DNA from: an uncultured Actinomycetes bacterium
GTDB taxonomy: Bacteria; Actinomycetota; Thermoleophilia; UBA2241
NCBI GenBank assembly: GCA_963755025.1
Contig: CAVWIH010000014.1
Location: 64,001-128,000, forward strand
Direction of reading: 5' to 3'
Length of the DNA stretch: 64,000 nt
Shown: piece by piece, positions 40,063 through 51,188 of the stretch
Layout: each line of letters starts with the position of its first letter
How positions within the stretch are numbered: position 1 is the stretch's first letter
The notes under the pieces: model-generated
Seen by the model: the letters and a program-made list of their open reading frames with translations, nothing else
Told to the model about the DNA's origin: nothing
Database searches by the model: none
Program-made: the position numbers and the translations under genes

Positions 40063-41946
40063 CTACCGACTTTGTTCCGACGCCCGCAACCGAGCGCCGC
40101 CGCCCGGCGCCGTCCTTCGGTCATGCAGCTCGGTGGCGAGATCGTCCCAGAGCGCCCGCGGCGTGACGACCATGCGCAGCTCGAACCGGCCCGCCGAGGA
40201 GGCGTGCAGCAGGATGAAGTCGGGGCGCTCGCGGGTGAGCGTGCCGGCGCCGGCGACCACCTGCCAGTAGGGCGAGTAGCTCACCTTGACGACGTAGGCG
40301 CCCGGCGCCGAGACGCGCATCACGATCGCCTCGCGGTCGAGGGCGAGGACCCGCGCCGCGCCGGCGCCCGGCGCGGGGGCGACGATGGGCAGCGCACCGG
40401 CCAGCTTGAAGATGGTCCAGTCGGCGTCGCGGTAGACGACCGTGAAGCTGGGGTCGGTGGTGAGGATGGCGGTCTCCTGCGGGCCCGACTGGTCGAGGGG
40501 CGCGGCCGGCAGGAAGACGTACCGGACGCCCATCGCGTGCAGCCAGGCGACGTACTGGGCGGCGCTGAAGCGGGGCCGGGTGAGCACCGCGTTGTGGAGG
40601 GCGTCGGACTGCCGGTACCAGCCCCGGGTGATGGCAAAATCGTCGACCGGAAAGTAGTACGCCTCCCAATGGTTGGCGAGGGCGACCACGTGAAAGCGGT
40701 AGTCGGGATCGTGGTGGCCGGCCGCCCAGGCCAGCGCCGAGGCGAAGAAGACGGGCTTGGTCGAGGCTCCCTGCGCGGGACTCACGAAATGGGTGACCGG
40801 CACGATGACCTGGCCGAACGCCGCGCCGGCGAGCACCACGACCAGCGCCAGGCGCGGCAGTCGCACCTTGCGCAGCGTGAGCAGCAGCGGCACGCCGAAG
40901 ACGAAGAAGAAGCGCCCGAAGGTGCCGCCCATGGCGTTGGCCGGCAGCGCTACGGCGGCGATCGCCACCACGCCGAAGGTGGCGAACAGGGTCGCCTTGG
41001 CCGCCCGTCGGGGGTCGCGTGACAGCCGGGCGCCGGCCACGCCGACCGCGGCGAACGACACGTAGGCGACGACCTCGATCGGGTGGTACTGGTAGGTCGC
41101 AGCCTCCCAGAAGAACAGAGCCAGCACGACCCGGGCGACGGCGAAGGGCAGCAGGTAGAGCGCCAGCCGCCGCAGCCCGGCGCGACGCTCGGGCAGCGCG
41201 AGGTACTGCGCCACGAGGAAGATAGCGCCGACCGTGACCGCGACCGGATTGGCGAACCCGGCCACCCCGATGAGCACGGCGGCGACGACGCGCCGGTCGC
41301 AGGCGGCGGCCGCCAGGCCGCCCATGGTGAGCGCCAGGGCGAACAGGAACGGGTCCTGGCCGTTGGCCAGGTACACGGCGAGCACGACGGCGAGGGCGGC
41401 GGCCGGCAGCACGCCGGTCACGCCGTAGATGCGCCGCATGTAGATGTAGAAGAGGATCGGCAGCACCGCGGCCGAGGCGACCACCAGCACGCTGTAGTTG
41501 ATGAACTGGGCGAGCCAGTAGAAGACGAAGCCGTAGCTGACCATCTGGTAGGCGCCGCCGTACCACTCGTTGTCCCAGAGCAGCGCACCGCCCTGGCGCA
41601 GCGTGGCGATCTTGTAGAGGTGGGCCGGCGTGTCCCAGCCGTTGAAGCCGGCCAGGCGCATGATGACAGCCGCGACCGTGATCAGGGCGATCGAGCCCAG
41701 CAAAAGCCAGACGATGCGGCGCGGCACGGCGCGCGGCGCGGGCGGCGGGTCAAAAGCGGGCGCGGCGGACACGGGCGGCTGGTCGGAGGCGGTCGCGGGG
41801 GACACCGGCGGCGGGCCGGAGGCGGTCGCGGGGGACACGAGCGGCGGGCCGGAAGCGGGCACGGTGGACCCGGCGGGCGGGGCGAGCGCGGGCGTCGTGG
41901 CGAGCGCGGGCGTGCCTCGCCGGCGTCGTCCTGCCCCGTCACCCAT
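40063..41946 (-). CDS. Polytopic membrane protein, possibly GT-C-fold glycosyltransferase-like
   Basis: About 11 TM helices, early WDTPAH..WDNEWYGG loop, C-terminal extracytoplasmic domain (RGWYRQ, GVRYV). Confidence 0.6.
   Translation of the reverse strand: MGDGAGRRRRGTPALATTPALAPPAGSTVPASGPPLVSPATASGPPPVSPATASDQPPVSAAPAFDPPPAPRAVPRRIVWLLLGSIALITVAAVIMRLAGFNGWDTPAHLYKIATLRQGGALLWDNEWYGGAYQMVSYGFVFYWLAQFINYSVLVVASAAVLPILFYIYMRRIYGVTGVLPAAALAVVLAVYLANGQDPFLFALALTMGGLAAAACDRRVVAAVLIGVAGFANPVAVTVGAIFLVAQYLALPERRAGLRRLALYLLPFAVARVVLALFFWEAATYQYHPIEVVAYVSFAAVGVAGARLSRDPRRAAKATLFATFGVVAIAAVALPANAMGGTFGRFFFVFGVPLLLTLRKVRLPRLALVVVLAGAAFGQVIVPVTHFVSPAQGASTKPVFFASALAWAAGHHDPDYRFHVVALANHWEAYYFPVDDFAITRGWYRQSDALHNAVLTRPRFSAAQYVAWLHAMGVRYVFLPAAPLDQSGPQETAILTTDPSFTVVYRDADWTIFKLAGALPIVAPAPGAGAARVLALDREAIVMRVSAPGAYVVKVSYSPYWQVVAGAGTLTRERPDFILLHASSAGRFELRMVVTPRALWDDLATELHDRRTAPGGGARLRASEQSR
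41785..41853. repeat. 33-bp coding tandem repeat (PPxVSPATASG)
   Basis: GGAGGCGGTCGCGGGGGACAC occurs twice, with degenerate flanking copies. Confidence 0.65.
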
Positions 41947-42077
41947 CTCGACACCCCCTTTCGAAGGTCGATTCTACAAGGTATGAACATCGCGCACGTG
42001 CCGCGCGGCCGCGCGCGTCGCGCTCGCGGTGCTCGTAGCCGCGCTCGTCGAGCGACGGCGGGCGCGGCGGGCGCGGG

Positions 42078-42434
42078 TCAGGCATCGTCGGGCGACGGCG
42101 CGCCGCGCTCCCGCTTGCGCCTCGAACGGTGTGCCTTGTCGGTCAGGCGGCGCTCCTTCTCGGCGCGCGACACGCGGCGCGCGCGCCGCGGCGGACGCGC
42201 CGCCTCGTCGTTGGCGCGCGCCACCTTCTCGCGCAGGCGGGCCAGGCAGATGGCCTTGTTGCGGTGCTGGCTGCGCTCTTGCCGGGAGATGACGACGATG
42301 CCGCTGGGCCGGTGCCGCAGGCGCACGGCGCTGTCGGTCGTGTTCTGGTGCTGACCGCCGGGGCCGCCGGCGCGGAACGTGGTGACGTCGCACTCGGCGA
42401 GCAGGTCGTCGTCGTCTGCGGGCAGCTCGATCAT
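42078..42434 (-). CDS. Peptide chain release factor-like GGQ protein (ArfB/YaeJ-like ribosome rescue)
   Basis: [29 protein letters not shown] with a basic C-terminal tail. Confidence 0.88.
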   Translation of the reverse strand: MIELPADDDDLLAECDVTTFRAGGPGGQHQNTTDSAVRLRHRPSGIVVISRQERSQHRNKAICLARLREKVARANDEAARPPRRARRVSRAEKERRLTDKAHRSRRKRERGAPSPDDA

Positions 42435-43436
42435 CGACCGGCCACGGCGTCGCGACGGCGGCCGTCGCTCGCGGCCGGGGCCGGGGCGGGGGCCAGCATG
42501 GTCAGAGCGCCGGGGACCAGCTCGGCCTTCAGCGGCAACCTGCCGAGCGGCTCGCCGTCGACGTCGAGGGCAAAGCGCGCGGCCGCCGCCTCGTCGAGCA
42601 GCTCGACTTCGACGGCGCGGCAGCGCAGCGCCTCGACCCCCGGCACCCCCAGGTGACGGCCGCCGAAGACCTTGGGCAGGTGACGGGCCACCGTCCACTT
42701 CGAGTCGCAGGCCACCGACACGACGTCGAGCAGCCCGTCGTCGGGCACGGCGTCGGGCGCCAGGCGCATGCCGCCGCCAAAGACGGCGCCGTTGCACAGC
42801 CCCAGCAGGTAGGTCGAGACCTCGCGCTCGACGGGGCCGGTGACTCCCGACAGGCGCAGGCGCAAGCGAGCGCGCGGGCAGGCCACCAGCGCCCAGGCCG
42901 ACGCCACGCCGTACGACACGCGGCCGCCCAGCAGGCTGGGGATCTTCTCGACGTAGCGGTCGACGAGCCCTCCGGGGCCGACCGACAGCACGTTGACCAC
43001 GTAGCGCTCTAGCGGCCGCCCGTCGTGGCCCCGAAAGGCCACGCGCAGCAGATCGACCCGCCGAGTATGACCGCTCGGCGATGGCGTCGAGGTAGTCGTT
43101 GAGGCCGCGGCCTATGCCGAGGCTGTGGCCAAAGTCGCCGCCGGTGCCCAGGCCGATCAGGCCGATGCGCGCGCCGGCGGCCGCGGCGCGCGCCTGCATG
43201 ACGCCGTTGACGACCTCGTTCAGGGTGCCGTCGCCGCCCACGGCGACGATCGTCTCGCGGCCCTCGCCGGCCGCGCGGCGGGCGAGGTCGATGGCGTGGC
43301 CGCGACGCTCGGTGGCGGCGAAGTCGACGTCGCCAAGGGCGCGCTCGACGGCCGCGGTGAAGCGCGCAAGCGAACGTGACCCGCCCATCTTGCCGCTCGA
43401 GGGATTCACGATGAGAAGGGGCCGGCCGGCGCTCAT
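42431..43436 (-). CDS. Diacylglycerol kinase family lipid kinase (frameshift near 43060)
   Basis: [45 protein letters not shown]. Confidence 0.85.
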
Positions 43437-43552
43437 GCGGGCAAGTATACGTCGCCGCGAGGCGCCGCCGACGCCGGCACAACGCCGCGGCCAACGGTCG
43501 CCTTCGGAGTCGTTTGGTATCCTTGACGCCCAGCGAGGCAACGAGGGATCAC

Positions 43553-44812
43553 ATGGCGCATCGCACCGCACGAGCAAGCTACGAACAGCTCACGCGCCGG
43601 CTCAACAAATTCCCCGTCGGAGCGCCGCCGACGGAGCTCTTCTACGACATCCTCGCCATGCTCTTCACCGAGCGCGAGGCGCGCCTCGTCGCCCAGCTGC
43701 CCATCGCCCCCTTCAAGGCCGCCGACGCCGCCCGGGCGTGGGGCACCGGCACCGCCGAAGCCGAGCGCGAGCTCGAGCTCCTCGTGAGCCGCTCGCTGCT
43801 CATCGACACCTGCTTCGACGGCGTGCGCCGCTATTTTCTGCCGCCCCCCATGGCGGGCTTCTTCGAGTTCTCGCTCATGCGCAGCGACGGCCGCCTCGAC
43901 AAGCAGGCGCTCGCCGAGCTGTTCCACCGCTACATGAACGCCGAGGACGAGTTCGTGCGCGAGCTCTACGAGGGCGAGACCCAGCTGGGCCGCGCCCTGG
44001 TGCACGAGCCGGCGCTCTCCCTCGACGACGAGCTGCATGTGCTCGACTACGAGCGCGCCAGCGCCATCATCGGCGACGCGCACCACCTCGCCGTCGGCCT
44101 GTGCTACTGCCGCCACAAGATGGAGCACGTCGGCAAGGCCTGCGACGCCCCGCTCGAGCTGTGCCTCTCGCTGAACGACGCGGCCGAGACCCTGATCCGC
44201 CAGGGCATCGTGCGCGCCATCGAACCGGCCGAGGGGCTCGACCTGCTCGCCGAGGCTTACGAGAACGACCTCGTGCAGTTCGCCGAGAACGTGCGCCGCG
44301 GCGTCAACTTCATCTGCAACTGCTGCCGCTGCTGCTGCGAGACCATGATCGCCGCGCGGCGCTTCGCCGTGCTGCGGCCGGTGCACACCACGCGCTTCAT
44401 GCCGGTCGTCTCCGCGCATGCCTGCAACGGCTGCGGCCTGTGCACCGAGCGCTGCCCGGTCGAGGCCATCCGTCAGGAGCTGCCCGGCGCGGCGCCGACG
44501 GTCGACCGCACGGTCTGCATCGGCTGCGGCGTGTGCAGCCGCACCTGCCGACGGCGGGCGATCGTGCTCGCCGTGCGCCCCGAACGCATCATCACGCCGC
44601 TCGATTCGGCGCACCGTACGGTCGTCATGGCCATCGAACGCGGCAAGCTGCAGAACCTGATCTTCTCGGAGCAGGGGCTCGCCAGCCACCGCGCCCTGGC
44701 CGCCGTGCTGGGCGTCGTGCTGCGCCTGCCCCCCGTCAAGCAGGTGATGGCCAGCGAACAGATAAAGTCACGCTATCTCGAGGGACTGCTCGCCCGTCGC
44801 CGCTACTGGTAG
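43553..44812 (+). CDS. Multi-Fe-S protein (helical N-terminus, Cys-rich middle, 2x[4Fe-4S] domain)
   Basis: [39 protein letters not shown]. Confidence 0.85.
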   Translation: MAHRTARASYEQLTRRLNKFPVGAPPTELFYDILAMLFTEREARLVAQLPIAPFKAADAARAWGTGTAEAERELELLVSRSLLIDTCFDGVRRYFLPPPMAGFFEFSLMRSDGRLDKQALAELFHRYMNAEDEFVRELYEGETQLGRALVHEPALSLDDELHVLDYERASAIIGDAHHLAVGLCYCRHKMEHVGKACDAPLELCLSLNDAAETLIRQGIVRAIEPAEGLDLLAEAYENDLVQFAENVRRGVNFICNCCRCCCETMIAARRFAVLRPVHTTRFMPVVSAHACNGCGLCTERCPVEAIRQELPGAAPTVDRTVCIGCGVCSRTCRRRAIVLAVRPERIITPLDSAHRTVVMAIERGKLQNLIFSEQGLASHRALAAVLGVVLRLPPVKQVMASEQIKSRYLEGLLARRRYW

Positions 44813-44895
44813 GCGCGGCGGGCGGCGGCCGTTTCGCGGCGCCGTCGCCCGGGCACGAGCCATCGAGCCGACCACGCAAGCAACGAAAGGGCCGC

Positions 44896-45180
44896 ATGCA
44901 AGACCAGAAGGGCCGGCCGCACGAGCCGACGTCGTCCATGACGATGCTGCGCCGCGGCGCCGTGCCGTTCCTCTGCGGCCTGGTCGCCCTGGGACTGCTC
45001 GCTTTCATCGTGCAGAACGGGCAGCGCGCCGACGTCCACTGGCTGGCCTGGACCTTCACCGCCCCGCTGTGGGTCGACCTCATGCTGCCGGCGATCGGCG
45101 CGGTGCTCGTCGCCGGACTCGTCGCCCTGCTCGTCATGCGGCGGCGACGGCGCGCGCCCGGCTCGCGCGCCGCGCGCTGA
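44896..45180 (+). CDS. Small membrane protein, LapA/DUF1049-like
   Basis: FIVQNGQRADVHWLAWTFTAPLW between two TM helices, basic tail. Confidence 0.75.
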   Translation: MQDQKGRPHEPTSSMTMLRRGAVPFLCGLVALGLLAFIVQNGQRADVHWLAWTFTAPLWVDLMLPAIGAVLVAGLVALLVMRRRRRAPGSRAAR

Positions 45181-45259
45181 CACGCCGCCCCACGGAGGGC
45201 CGGCGGCGCTCGTCGGGTAGAATCGCAGGCGAGTCCATTCGCCCGAAAGGTGACCTGAG

Positions 45260-46246
45260 ATGAAGGTGACGCTGCTCTCCGAAGCCGACTTGCGCGCCTG
45301 CGTCGGGTTCGACCGCGAGGCCCTCGAGGCGGTCGCCCAGGGGTTCTCGCGTCTGGCCGAGGGTCGGGCCGTCGCGCCGCCGGTGATCGCCATCGACATC
45401 CCCGAGCACGCCGGCGAGGTCGACATCAAGACGGCCTACATCGAGGGGCTCGACAGCTTCGCCGTGAAGGTCGCCTCGGGCTTCGCCGGCAACCCGGCGC
45501 GGGGCCTGCCCTACGGCACCGGCATGATGGTCCTGATCAGCGCCGAGACCGGCTTTCTTCAGGCCCTGCTGGTCGACAACGGCTACCTCACCGAGCTGCG
45601 CACCGGCCTCGCCGGAGCGCTCGCCGCCGACCGCCTGGCGCGGCGCCGGGTCGAGACCGTCGGCGTGATCGGCTCGGGTTCGCAGGCGCGCTACCAGGTG
45701 CGCGGCCTGCGCATGGTGCGCGACTTCACGCGCCTGTACGTATACGGCCTGAACGCCGACGAGATCGCGCGCTTCGTCGACGACGTCGAGGCCGAGCTGA
45801 ACGTCGACGTCGTGGTGGCGGCCACTGCCGAAGCGGTCGTGCGCGAGAGCGACATCGTGGTGTGCACCACGCCCGCCCACGAGCCGTACCTGCAGGCCGG
45901 CTGGCTGCACCCCGGCCTGCACATCACCTCGATGGGCTCCGACATGCCGGGCAAGCAGGAGCTCTTCGCCGAGTGTTTCTCGCGAGCCGACCGCGTGGTC
46001 TGCGACCGCGTGTCGCAATGCGTGCTGATCGGCGAGCTGCACCACGTCGTCGACGCCGGCCTGCTCGACGAGAGCCGGGTCGACGAGCTCGGCGACCTCA
46101 CCGCGGGCATGAAGCCCGGACGGCAGACCGACGACGAGATCACGATCTGCGACCTGACCGGCGTCGGCGTGCAGGACACCGCGATCGCCCGCCTCGCCTA
46201 CCGCCGGGCGACCGCCGCCGGCCTGGGCGCCAGCTTCGGCGACTGA
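45260..46246 (+). CDS. Ornithine cyclodeaminase/mu-crystallin family protein (EutC-like)
   Basis: GEVDIKTAY, DNGYLTELRTG, GSGSQA, GSDMPGKQE, DLTGVGVQD. Confidence 0.9.
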   Translation: MKVTLLSEADLRACVGFDREALEAVAQGFSRLAEGRAVAPPVIAIDIPEHAGEVDIKTAYIEGLDSFAVKVASGFAGNPARGLPYGTGMMVLISAETGFLQALLVDNGYLTELRTGLAGALAADRLARRRVETVGVIGSGSQARYQVRGLRMVRDFTRLYVYGLNADEIARFVDDVEAELNVDVVVAATAEAVVRESDIVVCTTPAHEPYLQAGWLHPGLHITSMGSDMPGKQELFAECFSRADRVVCDRVSQCVLIGELHHVVDAGLLDESRVDELGDLTAGMKPGRQTDDEITICDLTGVGVQDTAIARLAYRRATAAGLGASFGD

Positions 46247-46301
46247 CGAGGCAGGCGACCACGAGGCGCGCGCTCAAGACCAGTCGAGAAGGAGAGACCG
46301 C

Positions 46302-47444
46302 ATGGCATTGACCCAGCCATTCGTCGAGTTCAAGCTCGAGCGATTGCTGTCGGCCTACGAGCACGACGTCGAGATCAATCTCTCCGAGAGCGGCGTGCAG
46401 CCCCTGACCACCCGCGAGCTGCTCGCCCTGCAGGGCGGCGACGTCGACGCCGCCCTCGCGGCGCTCGCCGACGCCGCTCTCGACTACCCCGAAGCCAACG
46501 GCTCCCTCGAGCTGCGCCGGGCGATCGCGGCCTGGTACCCGGGCGCGACCGCGGCCAATGTGCTCGTCACCGTGGGCGCCATCCAGGCGAACTTCACCAG
46601 CCTGCTCACCGTCACCGATCCCGGCGACCTGATCGCCGTGATGCAGCCCAGCTACCAGCAGATCTGGGGGCTCGCCCAGAACCTCGGGCGCACCATGAAC
46701 ACCTTCTCGCTCAAACAGCACCGCGACTGGGCGCTCGACCTGGACGAGCTGCAGGACGCCGTCGCGCCCCAGACCCGCTTGGTGGCCGTCGTGAACCCCA
46801 ACAACCCCACCGGGCACATCCTGCGCGCCGAGGAGCGCGCGCGCATCGTCGCCGGCGCCGAGCGCACCGGCGCCTGGCTGCTGGCCGACGAGGTCTACGC
46901 CGGCGCCGAGCGCGCCACCGACGAGTTCACGCCGAGCTTCTACGGCGAGTACGACAAGGTGCTCGCCGTGGGCAGCATGTCGAAGGCCTACGGACTGCCA
47001 GGCCTGCGCATAGGCTGGGTCGTCGCCCCCGAAGAGACGATCGCGCGCATGTGGGCCTGGCAGAACTACGTCACAATCTGCGCGAGCCGCCTGGGCGACA
47101 CCCTGGCGGCCGTGGCCCTCTCGCCGGCGGTGCGGCCGCAGATCCTGGCGCGCACCCGGGGCTACGTGCGGCGCGGCTTCGACGTCGTGGCCGACTGGGC
47201 CGCCGGGCGCGACGACGTCGAAGTGCTGCCGCCCGACGCGGCCGCCGTCTGCTTCGTGAAGTACGCCCAGAAGATCGATTCGAGCGCGCTCGTCATGCGC
47301 CTCGTGCAGGAGAAGAGCACCTTCGTGGCGCCGGGCGACCTGTTCGGCCTCGACGGCCACCTGCGGGTGAGCTTCGGCTTGCCCGGCGAGTACGTGGCCG
47401 AGGGACTGGCGCGCATCGGCGCGGTGCTCGACAGTGTCGAGTAG
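46302..47444 (+). CDS. PLP-dependent aminotransferase class I/II
   Basis: NLSESG, NPNNPTG, DEVY, SMSKAYGLPGLRIGW. Confidence 0.92.
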   Translation: MALTQPFVEFKLERLLSAYEHDVEINLSESGVQPLTTRELLALQGGDVDAALAALADAALDYPEANGSLELRRAIAAWYPGATAANVLVTVGAIQANFTSLLTVTDPGDLIAVMQPSYQQIWGLAQNLGRTMNTFSLKQHRDWALDLDELQDAVAPQTRLVAVVNPNNPTGHILRAEERARIVAGAERTGAWLLADEVYAGAERATDEFTPSFYGEYDKVLAVGSMSKAYGLPGLRIGWVVAPEETIARMWAWQNYVTICASRLGDTLAAVALSPAVRPQILARTRGYVRRGFDVVADWAAGRDDVEVLPPDAAAVCFVKYAQKIDSSALVMRLVQEKSTFVAPGDLFGLDGHLRVSFGLPGEYVAEGLARIGAVLDSVE

Positions 47445-48595
47445 CGGCAGCATACAGAGCGTGCCGCGACCCGGGGTGATCGAGCTCGGCTTCGGCGAGC
47501 CCGACCCGGCGCTGTTTCCGGCCGCGGGCCTTGTCGCGGCTTGCCGCGACGCGCTCACCGACGGCGGCGCGGTAGCCCTGCCCTACGGCGGCAACTACGG
47601 CCCGACGGCCCTGCGCCGACGCCTCGCCGAGCGCCTCACGGCGCTCGAAGGCGCGGCGACCGCACTCGACGAGACGCTGGTGAGCGGCGGCAACTCGCAG
47701 GCCCTCGACCACCTCGTCACGGTGTTCTGCCGGCCGGGCGACGTCGTGCTCGTCGAACGGCCCACGTACAGCCTCGCGCTGGGCATCTTCCGCGACCACC
47801 CGGTCGCGATCGAGGCCCTGCCCTTCGACGACGAGGGCCTCGACGTCGACGCCCTCGAACGACGCCTGCGCCGCGGCGCGCGCCACAGGCCGACCGGTGC
47901 GCCTGCTCTACACCATCCCCACCTTTCACAACCCGACCGGCATCTCGCTCGCCCCGGCGCGCCGGCGGCGCCTGGTCGAGGTCGCCACGGCCCACGGCCT
48001 GCTCGTCGTCGAAGACGACGTCTACCGCGAGCTCTGGTACGACGCCCCGGCGCCGCCCTCGCTGTGGAGCATCGCGGCGCGCGGCACGGTCGTGCGCCTC
48101 GGTTCCTTCGCCAAGACGCTCGCTCCGGGGCTGCGGGTGGGCTGGGTGAACGCCGCCCCCGAGCAGGCCGCGCGCCTCGCGGCGAGCGGCCTGAGCGAGA
48201 GCGGCGGGTGTCCCAGCCAGTTCGCCGCGGTCGTCGTCGAGCAGTTCCTGGCCGGCGGCCGCTACGACCCGCACGTCGCCGAGCTGCGGGCGGCCTACGC
48301 CGCCCGCCGCGACGTGCTCGCCGACGCGCTCGCCGAGCACCTGCCGCCGGACTGCCGCGTGTCGCGGCCCGACGGCGGGTTCTTCATCTGGGTCGCGCTG
48401 CCCGAGGGGCTGCGGGCCGGCGACCTGCTGCCGGCCGCCGAGGCGGCCGGCGTGTCGTACGTGCCGGCCGCGCGCAGCCACCTCGACGGCTACGACGGCG
48501 GCCTGCGCCTGGCCTTCACGCTGTACGGCATCGAGCCGCTCACCGAGGCGGCCGCACGCCTGGGCGACACCATCGGCGCCGCCCTGCGCGCCTGA
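47434..48595 (+). CDS. PLP-dependent aminotransferase (MocR/LysN-like, no HTH), frameshift near 47870
   Basis: GEPDPALFP, PTFHNPTG, EDDVY, GSFAKTLAPGLRVGW, GGFFIW. Confidence 0.88.
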
Positions 48596-48632
48596 GTCGC
48601 CACGAGCAGCGCGCCTGAGCAGCGCTGCGTGG

Positions 48633-48673
48633 CGCCGTGCGGCGCGCCTGAGCACGCGGGCGCCGCACGGCGT
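48633..48673. terminator. Hairpin between convergent genes, with three GCGCGCCTGAG copies nearby
   Basis: CGCCGTGCGGCGC..GCGCCGCACGGCG. Confidence 0.5.
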
Positions 48674-48684
48674 GCCGCCGCGCG

Positions 48685-50082
48685 CTACTTCGAGTCGGCC
48701 TGCGGCGAGGCGCCGGCGTCGGCGACCGGCCCGGTGAGCCTGCTCACGAACTCGACGATCGCCAGGTAGACCAGCAACCCGACCACGATCCAGATGACGC
48801 CGGCGATGCCGGGCGTGCCCCAGAAGACCAGCACCGCGGCGGCGACCAGCAGGCCGGCGATCTGCAGGGCGCGATGGTGGCCGGCCACCCACGAACCCAC
48901 CGGCCCGAGGTCGAGCCCCCGCCGCTCGGCGCGCGCGCCGGCGCTCTGGAAGACGCCGGACAGCGCCCCGCGCACCGCGACGGCCCAGCGGGCCGGACCG
49001 GCGATGAGCGCGCCGAGCCAGACCAGGAGACCGACGACGAACACCGTGCGCGCCGCGTCGAGCACGCCGACGGCCAGCGTGTCGAAGATGGCCGCGGCGG
49101 CGGGCCGCGGCAACTGCGAGCTGACGATGGCGTTCAGATAGGCGCCGCGTCCGACGTGGTAGCCGATCAGGGTGAGGACCATGGCGATAGCGAGCAGGAA
49201 ACCGAGCTGCAACACGGTGCGACGGCGCCGCCACGAGACCGCGATCGCGCCGGCCCAGGCGGCGATCAGCAGCAGCGGCAGGGCGATCGTGAGCTTGTGG
49301 AAGAAGCTGACGACCTTCTGCGCTTTGGCCAGGTTCTGGGAGCGGAAGAGCACGAACGTCGCGCTGCCCGGTGTGCCGGCCACCGTGTCGAGCGCGTGGA
49401 TGCCCCTGGCGTCGAGGGTCGCCTTGAGCTTGGCGACCGCGGGCGTGAGATCGATGCTCACCTCGCCGTTGGATGTGCCGATCAGGTGGCCTTTGTTGCC
49501 GAGCAGCGCGGCCGAGACCCTGGCGTGGGCCTGGCGGTTGGCGACCTCCCATACCTTCGCGAACTGGGGCGAGGCCACGACGGCGTGGAGCGCCTGGTAG
49601 GCGTAGGTCTTGAGCTGGTTGGACAGCGGACCCGAGAAGCCCTGAGCCCACGACGGCAGCACGCCGGCGAGCTGCTGCTGGACATTCACCTTGGCCCACA
49701 GCTGGTTGGTCAAGTCGGTGGCGACCGCGTTCTGCACGGCCGGGTTCGAGCTCAGCGGCGCCACTGTCTGGACGTAGTTATTGGTGTTCAGCAGGTCGTG
49801 GTCCATCCACAGCACGAGCAGGGTCAACGGCGCCAGCAGGGTCGCCAGCGCGATCAGCACGATCGCGATGGGGCGGCGCCAGCGCGCGTGGCGGCGCGTC
49901 GCGGCGAGGTCGGCGTTGCCGCCCGCGTCGCCGGCCTCGCCGGTCGCTGACGGGGGAACCGTTTCGTCCCCGACAGCCGGCAGGGGGGCCGTTTCGCCCG
50001 TCGCGGCCGGCAGGGGCGCGGTCTCGCCGCCGGCGGCCGGTAGAGCCGCCGTTGCGTCTTCGGAGGTGTCGTCGTCGGTCAT
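48685..50082 (-). CDS. Integral membrane protein of unknown function
   Basis: GETAPLPA repeats at the N-terminus, one TM, a large loop, then about five TM helices. Confidence 0.75.
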   Translation of the reverse strand: MTDDDTSEDATAALPAAGGETAPLPAATGETAPLPAVGDETVPPSATGEAGDAGGNADLAATRRHARWRRPIAIVLIALATLLAPLTLLVLWMDHDLLNTNNYVQTVAPLSSNPAVQNAVATDLTNQLWAKVNVQQQLAGVLPSWAQGFSGPLSNQLKTYAYQALHAVVASPQFAKVWEVANRQAHARVSAALLGNKGHLIGTSNGEVSIDLTPAVAKLKATLDARGIHALDTVAGTPGSATFVLFRSQNLAKAQKVVSFFHKLTIALPLLLIAAWAGAIAVSWRRRRTVLQLGFLLAIAMVLTLIGYHVGRGAYLNAIVSSQLPRPAAAAIFDTLAVGVLDAARTVFVVGLLVWLGALIAGPARWAVAVRGALSGVFQSAGARAERRGLDLGPVGSWVAGHHRALQIAGLLVAAAVLVFWGTPGIAGVIWIVVGLLVYLAIVEFVSRLTGPVADAGASPQADSK

Positions 50083-50188
50083 TCAGGCGCCTGCTTCCAC
50101 GTCGGTCAGGACGGGGCGACCGGAGGTCCAGGTCAGAACAGAGACCAACCGGGTCCCGCTTATGCGCTACGTACCCAGCAGCGCTGTC

Positions 50189-50989
50189 TTAGCCACCTTC
50201 TTCGCCGTCGTGCATCGCGTCGCCGGGCTCCGGCGCCTCGGACGAGTACAGCGAGACCAGGCGAGCCACGGCGGTGACGAGGAACACCTGGCCGAGCATC
50301 GCCTCGAAGACGACGAGCACGCGCGGCAACGAGCTTGCCGGCGTGAAATCGCCGAACCCCACGGTCGTCATCGTGATGTAACTGAAATAGAGGTAGATCG
50401 ACGGGTCCTGCTGCGGACCCTGGGCGAAGAAGCTGGGGTGCACACCGTTCACGCCCAGGTACACGAAGGTGAACAGCAGGCCAATCATGAGGTAGACACA
50501 GATGGCCGCGACCAGCAGGCGCAGCGTCACGCGCCGGCTCTGAACGATGCGTCGGGCGATGGCCACCGGCGAGATGAGCAGCAGCGCGAACAGCATGAAG
50601 TAGACGTAGCCGTTCAGGTGCTTCGATCCGGTGAACGCCACGAGCAGCGAAGCCAGCACGGCGATACCGGCCGCCGCCCAGGCGATCTGCATGGTGCGCC
50701 GGCGGGCCTCGGAGGTGCGCAGCGCCAGCAGCAGCGAGGCCGCCGTGATCGGCGTGTAGCTGAAGGTCGCCCAGCGCCCGCCGCCGGCCAAGCCGATCAC
50801 GCAGATGTCGATGAGCAGCAACCCGAGCAGGACGAAGTAGCGTTCGTTGCGGGGCTCGGTTGGCCGCAGGCGGTGCAGCGGACGTCGGCGAGCGCCCGGC
50901 TTGCCGGCGCCGCCGGCCGTCTCGCCGGAACGCACGCTGTCCGCCTCGCCGGAAGGTGCGCCGTCCGCCTGGGGCCGATCGTCGGGCAA
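50189..50989 (-). CDS. Potassium channel family protein (Ion_trans_2)
   Basis: YFSYITMTTVGFGDFTP selectivity filter. Confidence 0.88.
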   Translation of the reverse strand: MPDDRPQADGAPSGEADSVRSGETAGGAGKPGARRRPLHRLRPTEPRNERYFVLLGLLLIDICVIGLAGGGRWATFSYTPITAASLLLALRTSEARRRTMQIAWAAAGIAVLASLLVAFTGSKHLNGYVYFMLFALLLISPVAIARRIVQSRRVTLRLLVAAICVYLMIGLLFTFVYLGVNGVHPSFFAQGPQQDPSIYLYFSYITMTTVGFGDFTPASSLPRVLVVFEAMLGQVFLVTAVARLVSLYSSEAPEPGDAMHDGEEGG

Positions 50990-51188
50990 GAAGCCTGCCC
51001 CCCTTTCCTTTCAGTCTGGCCACGATCGTCGATCGCGCCGCGACCGCTGGTCACACCTGCAGCTTCGACTTCGCGGCGAACGGTCCTGCCGGGCTGCCGC
51101 TGTGATACCTTGTCGGGCTGTCGGCCGCGCCGCCTGGCGACGCGCGCCCGTCGGTCCGGCTCACCTCGAACGACAAGGAGTGTGGCGC

